From NCBI GenBank assembly GCA_036172245.1, contig JAYWIR010000058.1, positions 310,001 through 374,000 on the forward strand: a DNA stretch of 64,000 nucleotides, given 5' to 3'. Both the position numbers and the translations under genes were made by a program. The notes under the pieces are model-generated. The model was not told the origin of the DNA and did no database searches. It saw only the letters and a list, made by a program, of their open reading frames with translations. How positions within the stretch are numbered: the first letter of the stretch is position 1; each line of letters begins with the position of its first letter. This DNA is from Raillietiella orientalis (lineage: Eukaryota). This document shows, in pieces, positions 28,384 to 42,481 of the stretch.

Positions 28384-31300
28384 TTATTTTCTCATCAAGT
28401 GCACCTGGGACTGAGCAGTGAGCTGCAAAGATATAGCTTGGGTATTGAGTTTTTCAGAAAATAGCAAATCTTTGATGCCAATCATCTTCTTACTGTGCAG
28501 ATGAAGCAAAGGACGTGCAGTCAAAATCCTACTCAGTTGGAAATCGTCTTGCTTAGTAACTGCAAGCTGCATGCTTGAAGGTGCACTGATCATAGTCAGC
28601 AATCCACTAGATTGGGATTCCGAAGGACACTTTGGATTTTTAGTATTAAAGTCATTGGAATTAACATCCACGGAATTAGTACTCCAAGACTCGGATTTGT
28701 TACAACATACATCACAAGAACACGGAGAAATACTAGCAAAAGGCTGACTTCCGGCAAATCCTAAAAGGTACTCAGGATTCAAAATGTTCTCTGAACAAGC
28801 ACTTAAAAGTCTTGAAATACAAGGATGCAAGGATTTTGTAGAACTGGCATCCAACTCCACATCCTGGATTAGTTCTTGAGTATCTGTTGGGAAAATATCC
28901 TTCAGATACTGCACTGAGTACTCTGATGTCTTTCTTTTCTTAGTCGAATGTTCCCGGTCTTCTTCTGGTGATCGTTTACATCTGAGTGACATTTGTCGAG
29001 TATGTGCCTTTTCATGAGCAACACTAATGCTGTCAAGCATTCTCTGGGGTGATGCATTAGAACTGGAGTTGACTTCATAACTGATGACAACTTGGGAACG
29101 AACCTTCGCATCAAACTTTACCAAAATACCCATTAAGGGCTTGGCCCAACCAATGTGTAGCACTGGAGTAACTGAATCTTCTTCCCATTCACACAGTCCA
29201 TCGAAGAAATTCAATATAAAGGCGAAACACTCTGGATCTCTGGTGAGAGGTTGATTGTGGTCAGAGCTAGCAGTTCTAATCAACCCAGGCAAATATTCAC
29301 TAGCGATTTCGAGGAATTCTTTATAAACTTCTTCATCCTCACGGCTATAATTGTATCTAAAAAGCAAAATTATTAACATAATCTAAAGTCTAGACAGCTT
29401 ACTGTCGAATAACATCTGCTGCAGCAGACCATGATCTTAAAGCAGCTTTGAACTGCTGATGGTGATAATGATATGCCCCTAACAAGGTGTAGGGATACAC
29501 ATACTGATTGGCATAATAACTCTGAGCAGCTTTTACAGCACTTTCATACAGCATCAAGGGTGAAGGCCGATTTGACAGAGGTCGCAACTCTTCCAGTTCC
29601 GCCAGATTTGCTATTCACTGTATTAAAGAACACACATTCAAGAACTTACCAAGAGCTAGTGGGTAGCGATCCAAATGATGTAGATCGTGCAAGAACCACA
29701 GTAGCTCCTGTTGAAGCATTTCTAGTTCGGGAGAACTGGTGTTCGAAGTCTTACAAGGATTAATAGAAGACACGATTGCCGCCACTTCCATGGCTCGATT
29801 GCAAGCAACAGGATGATCATTTGCATACAACCATGATTTGGCTCCAACACCACTCATAATGGGTTGACCACGTTTGTCTTCGTTGCCTTTACCTCAAGAG
29901 GAAACAAAGTATACCAAACAAAGCAATCCCAAGAAATTTCAATGTTATGAGCAAATAATGTGACTTTCTGAAAACAAAAAAACAAAAAACATAAAGAACA
30001 CAATGGCGACGAATGCTTTTTCAATAATACAAAAAATGGGTCCAAAGAATGAAACTTTGTAATTTCTGCATCAGATTACTGTACAAATAATTTTTCATTT
30101 TTGTGTACTATCCCTTTTACCTATTAATTTTCGTAGACGAGTGGACGTTTCTTAAAGATGGAAATTTGTTTCATCATTGTCAATTCATAACAATATATGA
30201 AAAAACACTTTTGCAATTTTTTTTATCACCATAAAAACAGAAATAACGAGACCAGATAAGAAAAGAATTAAAGAGAAATAATAAAACGATAAAAAAAAGC
30301 AGTTCACTATAAAAGCAGTCTAAAATGTGATGCATAACATTCTCGATTAAAATCTCTGAAACAGAAAAGTAATTTTCAACACTTGTTCGTCTATGTATTC
30401 AATATAAAGTAATACAAAGTATTGGTGCAATATCTTGTATTCTTCAAGATCGGAGTAAACGATGATTACAAAACAAAAACACATTGGATGAGGGGGAACG
30501 ATAGACTTAAGTGTTAAAAAAACAGCATTGAAATGAAACGAAATTAAGCAACAATCATCGAGGCAAATCAACATAATTAACTTCCGAGAAAGACACTGAT
30601 ACATGAAAATGCAACCATAAACCTCAAAAATCACAGAATCTGTTGGATTTTGTATCGATGTGCAATTTCTACTGGATCCACGGACCTCCAAGAAGGCCAA
30701 AAAACATTGTTCAAAACTTACCGTTTTGATATTACCAAAAAAAAAATTACAACAATGATCTTAACTGGTTACATTTTACTGTGTTACTTTATTATTAATG
30801 ATATACACACAAACTGTGAAGACGAAATTTTAGTAGAGAGCATACTCAGAATAGCATAGGCATTTTCAGTAATATACACTACTCTAGGAAAGGATACATG
30901 CTGTCAATGAACTGACAAAAACATGAAATGAAAAATCAATAATATCAGAAACCAATGATTGCTACAAAGATGTATGAGTATACATAAAATTATATTCCAA
31001 ACAATCAAAAGAAAACAAGAAGCATACATATACACAATGTTTTTCAACTATAGCATACAACACTTTTGTAGTGAAGAAATTTGTAGTATTTGTCATCAAC
31101 CCACAGACCAGAATATATGCTTAAATATGCACTTAATAATTGCAAAAAGAAATAATACCTTCATTATTATCGAATTCTATCTGGAACACATTCACTGATA
31201 AATACACAAAGTCCCTATGCATACAAATTCTAACATTTGAATTTTCAATCTCATCACTCCAGAATGCTCACAAATTTTACAATGGAAACACATATGAGGA

Positions 31301-33210
31301 AAACAAATTCTACATAACTGATAAGTGATAGCTTGCCATATGGCGTGACACCATTACGTAGTTTGCAATGTTTTGAATCATTGTATAGCTCGATTATGGG
31401 GATCAATGCCTTTTCTTAAAAGGAGAATCACGATTCTTCAAAGACCAGGTTGTTACAATTAACTATATTCATATTTTTGCATATACTACAGAAACCTACT
31501 ACAAGCATCTCTCTTTAATCAACTGAAATTGTTTAAATACTGAAATTCTGAGAAAATTATCACATAAATATGGGCTACTCATGTATTCATGTAACAAAGA
31601 CTCACTTTCTCAAAAAGTTTTTGCTTAACAATACCTTTAAGTAACCTTATAATTTTACAAATGAATAAACAGGAATAAGTAGGAAGGGAAAGTACTGCTC
31701 AAAGGGCACCATATTTAAGACTAAATAAATAATTTATTGTATTTAGTTGATGATAAGTTCCTAGATGACATTTTGCTTCCTTGCACTTTTTATGATTTTA
31801 CAGATTTGACACATTATGTATAAACACAATCCATTTAAGGTGAATGGCTTCCTTAAAACATCACAACATTGATTAAAAAGTAAGATATGATTTTAAAATA
31901 CAACAAAATGGAAATAAAAATTAGGCAAAATGGAAGGTAGGTATTTCTGTCTCAATATGGTACAGATGGATACACGATTCAAAGATTAGCATCTGAATAT
32001 TTCACAGAAAACACTAAGAAACATGTAAGGAACTGTCAACTGTTCAAATTTGGAATAGTTTTTAAACATATAAACGAAGTTTATTTCACTAATTTTAATT
32101 GACACAGCAACCTAAACAAGTTTCACTTGTAAGTTGTTTATTATGACAAATTTGAATATGCTTACTAAATTTCCTAAGTGTGTTTTGTTTTTGAAAACAA
32201 GGCTTTTTAAAAATTAATTTAAGAATGATTAGAAATATTTAAGATCTTTTCTATTAAATCCTTCATGTTAATCTTCATTATTAAACTAGGATTAAATATT
32301 AACTGCTTTTATAAGGATTGCTAATTCTTTTTCAGAATTTTAATTTAGAGCCTTTACATTGTCATCATAGATCTGTGCAGTTAGTTCTACTAATTATCAA
32401 AAAGCATATACAACCAGTATCTTGCAATTTGGTTAAATCAGACTGCTGATAATTTTTGTACAATTGGGTTAAGATTTATCATATAATTATACTGAACATA
32501 TCTTATACCACTATAATTAAAAACTAGGTTAAATTTTTCCACATGCTATTGATATTTTTTTGCATCTTTACCATGCCATGTAACTTCTGCAGTTTGGTCA
32601 CCGAATTCTCCATATAATACCCAAGCATGGTCTTCTGATAATGCTAAATGCACATCACGAAAACCTAAGATTTGACATCCAGCCACAACTGCAAATGCCA
32701 ATCCAAAGCAATCGAGTTTTTTCACTGAGGAAACAATTAATTAAGTTACATAACATCGATTCTCTCCAAACCTGTCAAATAACTAAAAAGGCTCTGCAAA
32801 TGGGCTTTGTCCTTGAAATAGCTTTTGGCAAGGGTACTCCATACTACATCAGATACCTTTTTAATCAGACTTCTGCTTGCATACTTCAAATTACTAAATT
32901 CAAGAAGTGGATTTACAGTAGTATTAATTAAATGCACAAACTTATCATGGAGTAATTCAATAAACGAGAAATTGATTAATGGAAAGGAATATGGTGGAGC
33001 TGCATCAGGATCTTTTATTTCTGTAGTTAGAGTGTTTTCGCACTTTTGAAAGGGTTTGGTGTAAAAGCTTTCAATACATCCGATAAGAATTGATAACAGG
33101 GTTAGATTGGCATCTTCTCCTTTTTCAACTTCGTCTTTTATTACCAACTTCAATGATTTAATGGAATTTACAGGAAAAAGGGATTTCGTAGTTTCAGAAA
33201 TACGAAACAT
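28384..33210 (-). CDS. MEN1: Menin, 5 coding exons (33210-32772, 32724-32572, 29892-29650, 29610-29403, 29356-28384)
   Basis: Motifs KSLFPVNSI...[72 protein letters not shown]...[85 protein letters not shown]. Confidence 0.96.
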
Positions 33211-36200
33211 ATTGTTTTTGGTGACATCTTAAATGATTCAGTGCTGCAAGCTAAGGAATTTGATTTTGAAATTAAAACACTTGATATTCGTAACAAAAAA
33301 CGCGCTCGATACTGTAAGGGCAAACATTCAAACCAAGTACATGCAAAATTCACCACTAGCTCGGAATCTCACAACGTCCCATATTCCGCTTTTACTCCGC
33401 TTTACGACAGAAAACAAATGTAATCCTCCATATTTATAACCACCAAGCACCAGTCACAAATTTCAGATCATGATGACAACAAATGTAATTACATAGCGCT
33501 TTTTGACGGAATCCGTTGGGGCTTAAATTGGTTTTGGATCTGATTCATCTTTCATTTGTTTTTTGTGACAAAAATTTTGCTTCTAGTTCATCTTTACTCT
33601 AATTCGTACTTTTTATCTCAATAGTCACAGCGAATGATTAACAACGTAATGAAAGTGTATTACTTTCTTTTGTCAATTCAGTGGCAAGTGAAATTTTATA
33701 TTCTACGATTAATCATACTCCCTTATTACAGCAAATGTACTCCAATACTTTTAAAAGGTTATATAGACGTATCAAAATTGAAAATTTAATATTATTGATT
33801 TTGAAAATGGTGTTTTATTTACTTTTCAAGACAATGAGCAATTTCCCTCCGAAAAAACACTAAAAATCTTCAAGATTAACATCAGAAAGGATCTTCGCAA
33901 AATCTACGCAAAGCTCATATGAAAGTCTTGTTTTGAAATTATGAAAAATCCAATTCTTTTGTAATAAAATTACTATTTCACATTAATATTTCAGTATTTT
34001 CGTTTACACTTTGGTTTATTGTTTTTAATTTTTGCTGTTGTAACATACTTCAATTCATTTGCATATTAAAACTCATTTATATTAGATATGTCAACTTAAA
34101 ACCGAAGTAATATTGTTAGCTTCGAAATGAGCTTCCATTGAAAAACAGATATTTGTTTATTCCAAAAGCTAGATTACACATTGTAATTACATGGAACTTT
34201 CACCGATCACGTATTTGAGTAAAATTGAAATGAAGATGGTCCAAATGGAAATAGCATAACATACTAGAAGGGAATGTAATGAATAAAATAAAATCAGAAA
34301 TAGAAATAAATCAAAATAAAAGACAGTTTTAAAAAGCACATTAGAAAATCATTTTGTATTCATTTATTTTATATGGTGTCTAATTTAAACTCAATTTGCA
34401 CGATTTTATGGGTTTATTAATTTGTTATTTAGTTGTCGGTCCCCTGAATTTTCACAGCAAGGTGCACTCTGAAATTTCTTCAATGTTTTGAAGCAAGAAT
34501 TGCAAGAAATCAGAAAACACGAATGATCAGGTTTGAGAACATAGAAACATAAGGATAAGGAATTTCGTTAGAAAGTTTTTCAAGGCAACACATGAAAATT
34601 ATGAAAAAAAAGTATTAAAAAAAAAAACTGATGTTAATTTACAGACTTTCTGAAACAAAGCAGAAGTTATGCAATGATCAACGCTACTTGCTCTTTTTTC
34701 AGTGTGTTTTATTCTCATCCACTGTGGATCTTTTAGTGAACAGAGAATGCTTTGGGAAGCGAAAGCAACGTTATAATGTGAAGAATTTCCTCAAGTTTTT
34801 TCTCTAGCTTTAGGATATTAACAGCTGAAACGTAATTTGTTCTAAAAAGTACTTCCAAGATATATATAGTTTTATGTCTTTAAAAACAAAATATGTCATA
34901 AGTTTATTATGAAACGTTCTAACTGACATTTCGATATTTCAGAGTAATCTTCCAAATGTGCTAAACTACACTTTTTGTTTTTAAGACGCCCTTTACATTA
35001 AATAGAAATTTTCTAAAGATGATCCAAAGTCTAGAAACAACAAACTCTTTAGTCTTGCGTAATAAAGTACTGTATTTTTTTTATTGGTATAATTATTAAT
35101 ACCTGAAGGGATGAAGACTGAATATTTTTCGAAAATCCTCATGAGTACATGGGATACAGAAAGCACACTATCTGGTTAAATATTATATTTTTACGTATAG
35201 AATAGACAAAATATGTGATACAAAAATATGGATATAACAACTGTCTGTAGATGCTTGAAGTCTGAAAACAATTTTAGCTTTAAGGCTATTCTCATTCATA
35301 TAAGTTGAATTGTATAGTGATAGTTTGCTTTACTTACATTTTATGAACTGATAGGCAATTTTGAAAGCAAACGAACTCCCATTCTAGTTTTACATAAAAA
35401 CCCATAACTTAAGCAAAGAATCAACCTGGCATAAAATTTTCTTTATTTAAAAGTAAGCACTCAGTTTAAAAGCAATCAGTTTCAAGATAATTTGAATTAC
35501 TACCTACTGATACAATTGTTATCCAAAAATATTTCTCAAAACTTGAAACTTTGCTGAAGGGCAAATTTGTTGGAGGCAGTCTCTGTGCGAGATTAAGGTT
35601 CCACCCGAATTTGCCGGGTCGTTTATCGTAAAAAAATGAATATTTACAACAAATAGTCACGAATGTAGGTCTGTTAGTTGCTGGGTTCGAATCCCGCCAC
35701 GTCAATGGATGCCTAGAAGGCATTTCTGCTTTCAAGTAGAGCTTACCGGGAAAGGTCACACTCGGAAATTTGAGGGCTGAGGGATAAACAAAACAAAAAA
35801 AAAAATCAGAGAGACAATCGAAAAAAAATGAAAATTTCGAATAAAAATGGGGAAAAAGGAAGATCACCCGTTTCTTCCTGGAGTCCTTATAATCCTCTCC
35901 AAAATGCTGGCAAGTTCCTCTTTTCGCTAATGGAGACACGGCCATAGTACTGTCTTCCTGATGAAGATCACGATCGACGACGCATCTCTGGATTGCTGGT
36001 CTCTTTCTTTGAGTTTCTTGCTGCCAGGTCTCCACAGAAGCAGCACAAGGCTGCGATCGTTGCCGCAGGTGACATTCCACTACGAAAAAGAGGTGACCGA
36101 GCACTAGCCTCACGTTGTTTCTTGGGAGTTGGAAGGCCGTTGCAAAACGTTGTAAAACGTTCCCATTTACTCCGGAGGGTAACACACTTGGATACCAGGT

Positions 36201-39200
36201 GCGGGAACATTTCCTGCTCACTGCACTGTCACAGTGAGGAGCCACCGCTGCCCTGCAACGGTGACGATGTGCGTTGCATGGGACAACCCAATGCAACAGT
36301 TGCAACGCCGAATCTAGCCACTTCAGGAGAAGCACGGAACTGTTTAGGAATACCTAGGGGATCTTCACTACAGCTATGGAGATTTCCAGGAGATCCGCCA
36401 ACAGAGAAGAACCAGCGTGCGCGCTACCGGAAAACAGTTCCTGCGTGATCGGATGGAAAACTCGACGCTAATCTCCCGACTACCGGGGAAGTGTTTGCTG
36501 TTCGGGAATCTCTTTCTGCCATTCTGCACAATAAAAATGCAAAATTAAAAAACATTTTGGTCCTCGAACCTGAAAATACTAACTGGGAAACAATGGAAAG
36601 TAATTGTCCTTCTATTAGCATGCTACTGGCCAAGTGCAACGCACTCATTCAGACTTTACACAATTACTCAAAGCATGCAATCAGCTGTCATGCATTGATT
36701 TCTATTTTCTTTGACTGATTTTGCAGCATTTTGCAAACTTTTAAATGAGGTTCTGAGGAGGTTAAGCGATTAAGCGACCTGTACTTCAATGCACTGTATT
36801 AACATTACCCGTAGAAACCAACTGATTCTTAAAAGGAGAACAAAATTTATCTCCTGATGTTGCTACAGTGATGTGAATTTCGACAGGACTTTCATGATCG
36901 TTCAAGAATCTCCAAGAATCGTTCATGAAACAAGAAATATGTACTTTACTGGCACGTATGTTTCTGTGATGCTGCTGCAGGATGTAAAGGAGCAGAGTCC
37001 CTTTTTCTTGATCCTCTACAACGATTGTGTTGGGCAGGTGAATAGCTTTCCATTGCGGATCTGTTTTTTAGATCCATGGTTAATTTACTCATAATTTCTT
37101 GTCATAATACATGCCCTCAACTGTCAGAAACATAATGGTATGCTGATCTTTCTAGATATTGTGCCCATAAATTCTTTTTGCTTGAATGAAAATTCATCTT
37201 TTCTGTTAGCTCTCTCGGAAATGTTGATTTTTTAAAGATGAAATCATGAGTAGGGTAGCACTCTTCAAATTTTGATATACAGTGAATGAAAATATGCTGA
37301 TGCGGAATGACTTAGCAGCAAAATATTCAAGGTATTAGAGACTGATCCGAGCTCAGAATAGAATTATCGGTTGATGACAAAAATCTTTTCAGAAGACACG
37401 AGATGATGATCAGCAGTGCATACAAAATAAGAATGCATTTCTGGGCTTTGTTTCTAAGAATATATCTAAATTTGACTTTTCTGAGACAGCCGCAAGAGCA
37501 GCTATAAATTTCAAGCAAGATAACATCAATTAATTCCATAAGTCGTTTGTTTCTTAAAAAGATTCAAATTCATGTATTCCTCAGTTGTAAGTTTACAGTC
37601 ATATATTTTATGAAAAATAAATAAACCTATATTACTCTAAATACGAATAAGATCGAAGGGATCACCTCTTGAGATACTGAAATTAGACAGAGTTTTAGAA
37701 ATGATTCTAATTACAAACAATTCTAATTAGAACCAATTCTAATTTCTCAAGAATGCAACACGAAGTAGTTGGCTCAGCTTAGTTAAATAAGTGTACACTC
37801 TGAATAACAAACATGTATTAGAAAAACATAAATTAATTAGTTAATCAAATCAGCAGTATCAGTTTCTCATTCCCAACAATCATTCAAATAGTGTGCTACT
37901 GCGATATTTTTGATTCTTACTCCTATTTACAGTCTTATTGCAATCTGGGAAAAAACAAATTGATGCTCATGATGTTCTAGAGCCTCTCAGCTTCCACTGT
38001 CTTGGAGATATATATGAATTCGAAAAATTCTATGACTTCAGAATCGAACTTTTCTAAAGACTGTTAAATCTTTAAGATTATGATATAAGAACTATTTTAC
38101 TTTTTAGTGTTTTCAGCGTCCCACAAACAAAAATACCTTCCAGTCTATATGTTTTTTTTAAAAAAAATATGTCAAAAATATGTACGTACAAATTACAATA
38201 TAAGCAAAACAAATAAATATAGAGACGTACTTAAGATTGTCAAGCTTTGTCTTCTAATCGTTCATAGTACTGGCTCAGAAAATCTTCATTTACTCTTTAC
38301 GAGACTCGAGAAGTATGCATGTGACCAAAATTATAGAAATAAGGATATATGGACTTCGAAAGAAGCAGAATTTGCTATGTCGCAACTAATATTTCATAAA
38401 ACAATGCAATAGAACTCTGAATTTTTTTGATGTGTACCTCATTTATGGGATACTTTTCCATAACTTGAGTTACCAGAACAAGATTTGATAACTAATTAAT
38501 AATAGTAACACTTGATCTCATAATATAATCTGATGATTTTACTTTTGTTTATGCATGTGTCCGAAACCTCTATTTCATATTTTGCAAATTCTGAGTGCAT
38601 TTAATTTTTTCTGAAATTATCTGTCGCAATATTACAAATTGGTACTTTGAATCACTTGTTCAGTTATCTATTCGTTCATTATTTAATGACTAATTTATCT
38701 TTATAGTCGTATTTCCAAGATAAGCAAATGAAAATTACTATAGATTTGTGGAAACTAAACTATCTAATGACTGTATGGAGCAAATGAATTCTTATAATGG
38801 ATGAATAAAGTGTAGAATACAGCGGTAAGGCACTTTCAACCACTTCCGTATCGGTATTTTTGATCATAAATTATCTATCAAAAGTGATGCAGTCTACTAT
38901 ATCATGGAAAAGTGAAAATGACGTTAAGCACCGTTTAAGTTTTCATGACACCGTTTGTATCATGTACTTTGAATTCAGAGAGTGTTTCAAATTTAATTGT
39001 GATAAGGGTATGTGTGGAGTTTTCCAAATTACATATCGGAAAACTCCATGGCCTCAGTATCGGAGAAAATTATGCGTATCAATGATTACTTAAATTCACT
39101 CTAAATGGAAGACGTCTTTTACACCAAGAAAGTAGTATCAAATAATGTACTTCCTTATCATAAAACGGTATGCGAATGAATTTCCAACCATCTGAGCAAC

Positions 39201-40651
39201 CTGCGACTGAGCAACCTGTTCGAATCCACGAAATTGCATATTTACACCTCTTGATTAACCAAACAAAAGCAATAACATTTTTTTTTTTTGCCAGCAGTTC
39301 AACTTTGAAAGTGAAAAACTGGCACATATGATTCCTTCTTGAAAAGTTGTTTTCTGTGTCATTATGTGAGCATCGTCAATTTGTTACTTCATAGTTAAAA
39401 CAGAGTTTTTTTCTGTTCTATTGAAAGTGAATTCAAACTGATATACTATGTTAATTTCTTTAAAATATGGGCATTTTATCAGGAATGTAGTAAGCAGTTG
39501 ACAGAGGTTGGAAAAGGAAAGACCAGGGATACACTTTATGAGGGGATGTATCTATGGCAGGTGCATAAGAGAAGAGTAATTAATAGTTCCACACTTTGCC
39601 AGTATAAGTAACACAAAAATTGCCTAGTTTTCCTCAAATAAAGATTGCATGATACAAAAATGTACATAAAGAACTGCCACTACTCCCTATAAAAATGGCT
39701 TCCTGATGATAGAATATTACTCTTCTTGATACTCAGTTGAACAAGAGATTATAAGTAGCTCATAATATTCAGTTCAAGACCAGATATGACCAAAAAATTT
39801 GTGCAACTCACAATATAGCATAGTTTCTTAATTTCTTTTTTTTTTTACTTTTTGTATGATCCAATAGAAAGTCAAGTATAACTTCTTCACATGCATTTTT
39901 GAAGGATTAAAAACTTAAACACCTATGTCACATGAAGATTAACCGATTATCTACTTAACAATCATGTGAGAATCTTAATGCAACATCAATCCAGTTTGCA
40001 TGAACAACCATGATTGCACTTTATTTATGATGTGTGTAATAATAAAGGCTCTGGAGAGTAGTATGCTTCAATCTCGGAATATCCATCACCTGTAATTATA
40101 GAGATTAATAAAATGTTTTGGCATAATTTGATAATTTGGGAGCACAGATCTGAAAGGTTCTAAGATACTTCAGGAATGTACAGCTGTTTTTCTCATTGGG
40201 ACTTGCTAGACATGCAATTGGTTTTTGTGCTACTTAATTAAGCACTAATTTCTGGTGATGAACTCATGTCGTACAAAAAAGGATTTTAGACTACCATTTG
40301 AACATCAAAATATACCCTCTGCCTGTGTTTTTGTATAAGGTTTGATGATTTCCTCTACCTTGTATTTTTAGGTTTCAAAAGCAGACTGCCTACATTTGTT
40401 GAATTCCTTACATATAAAGCAAAATTCCTGATTTTTATTATTTGACAAAAAACTAAGTAGACATAACATCATGCAATGCAAGAGTTAGTTTTGTTTCACT
40501 GCATTGCAAAGAGAAACTGGTGTATTCAACATTACAATTTCATACTACACAGCAATATGCAATGTGAAAGCTGTGATCAAATATTAACATATGCTACTAA
40601 ATTCAAACTTGCGTAAACTGTCATTATGTGCTTTCTTTACTAGGTAACACC

Positions 40652-41231
40652 ATGGAAATGCATCCGCAGATACGGCTGCTTATGCAGCAGTGTATTAAAG
40701 CAAGCTTGGTTAAGTGTACTAGAGAGTGTCAGTTTAATGTTCCCCAAACGGAAATAGTAGAGGTACTCTGTTTGGGGATTGCAATATGGAGAAAAATATA
40801 ATTTTAGATTGGTAAAGGGGCTGTAGTATATGTTTGTTTCCTCAAGGGAGCTAATGAAGAATTACTTTCCAAAGCTGGTGAGTTGGTTGATTTTTTTTTC
40901 AACATTATCCATGGCTAAATGATCAGTGAAAACCTTGTTGGAAGTCAAGCTCAGCAGGGACAATGATGGCAATCCAACATCCATCATAGATCTTCCAGGA
41001 GACTTAATTATTGTCCCTCAGGCTTGCTTGGGAGGAAAATTGAAAGGAAGTGGATTCCAATATCACAATTTGCTAGATAAGGCAAAGAGTGCTATTCTTT
41101 ACAATCAGTTTGTCATGAAAATGCGAGCCAATACTATGGGAAAGATACACATATACTCTGGTGTATATGGTGACAAACAAGTGCTTTCAATCAATACTGA
41201 TGGCCCATTTAGCCATCTATTGGAGATCTGA
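40652..41231 (+). CDS. DTD2: D-aminoacyl-tRNA deacylase 2 / Animalia-specific tRNA deacylase (ATD), 3 coding exons (40652-40762, 40808-40877, 40927-41231)
   Basis: The translation MEMHPQIRLLMQQCIKASL...VEIGKGAVVYVCFLKGA...VKTLLEVKLS...SIIDLPGDLIIVPQACLGGKLKG...QYH...GVYGDKQVLSINTDGPFSHLLEI* matches the DTD2 motifs (QQC, YVCFxKG, PQAxLGG, C-terminal GPF). Confidence 0.93.
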
Positions 41232-42481
41232 AGAAAGTCTTGGTTCTTCACTATCAAAGTAGCTATCTTCTATATCTTGATTGTAAATATCATCATCATA
41301 TGATGAGTTGTTGTCAACACTGCTAAAAGAAAAAAATTAAAAGATTAAAAATAAAGCATGAAATTTGATCGCAAAACTTTTAATAATTTACACTTACCTG
41401 TAGTCAAATTCAGTATCATGACCTTCCAAGAAACTTTCATACATTATATTGACAAATTCTTTATACAACTGGTTTTTTTCAACAGACTCTGAATTTTCAC
41501 TGAGAACTTCTTTTTCTTCTTCCTCGTTGTTACACATATTTAATTCTGAAATTGTCTGTAATGCCAAGGTGGACTGAACATGATGATGTTGAATTTGGTC
41601 CAGGAGAAAATCAGAAAAACTAAAACACCTAAAGGTTTTGCAAACTTTTTTTGGTATGAACAATGTAGAATATCTTAAAAACACATATGGTTTAAGAATA
41701 TTAATTGGGATAATGCTTATCAATACTTAATGATAATTATGAAGGACTGCTTTTATGGTGATTATATACTGCTTTTTGATCAAAAGTTTTGCATAAATAT
41801 AAGAACTACGGACAATAATATTTCATGTCTTGCAAAAATACGGATTTGAGCCACGGAAGGAACTAAAGGTTCTCTCTTCAAAGTTCTCAAATATCCAAAA
41901 CACACTCTCAAAATACTTTTAGATATTTGCACAGACAAATGAAATATCTAGAAAACTCACGATTTTGTTTGCATGACTTCGGAGTCATTTTCAGCATTTT
42001 CATTGGAGTCAGTGAACTGATTCACCATCTGCTCATATAATAGGGGGTTCCTTTCATTCATAGCTTCTTTGCTAAAGTATTCTCCTTCAGCTATCAAATT
42101 TTGTAAAGCTTTATATCTTCGATTACGTATAATTTTTTTATTGTTTGCTTCTCTTAACAAGTTGGAAAGATAAAATGCAACTTCATAATCATCACACAGA
42201 GAATTAAAATAACTTAGATGCTCCTTTTGTAGAAATTTGCCATATCTACCAAGGAACAATCCTGGTTTTCGAAGTAAAATGTCTTTAGCAAGAGATCGTT
42301 TTTGTGCAAATGTTAAATCAGGTTCATCAATTTGTTGGTTCTTAAAATATGCGTTAGTATTGGCAACACAATCAAGAATTTTTTTCACTTCCATTAATTC
42401 TGTGGAATCTACATCTTCTACGAACTCATTTGCATCATGGTTACTGGCATTTATTTTTTCTGAATCTCTTTCTAGAATCAT
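41217..42481 (-). CDS. CCDC97: Coiled-coil domain-containing protein 97 (DUF2052), 3 coding exons (42481-41961, 41619-41398, 41322-41217)
   Basis: Motifs FKNQQIDEPDLT..QK, KPGLFLGRYG, DYEVAFYL, IRNRRYKALQNLIAEGEYFS..AMNERNPLLYEQMV, EFVNIMYESFLEGHDTEFDYSSVDNN..YD....QDIEDSYFDSEEP. The introns are GT-AG and keep frame. Confidence 0.92.

Noticed and set aside
35684..35695. Second tRNA gene
   Set aside because: Only a T-loop/B-box match, with no A box, D arm or acceptor stem.
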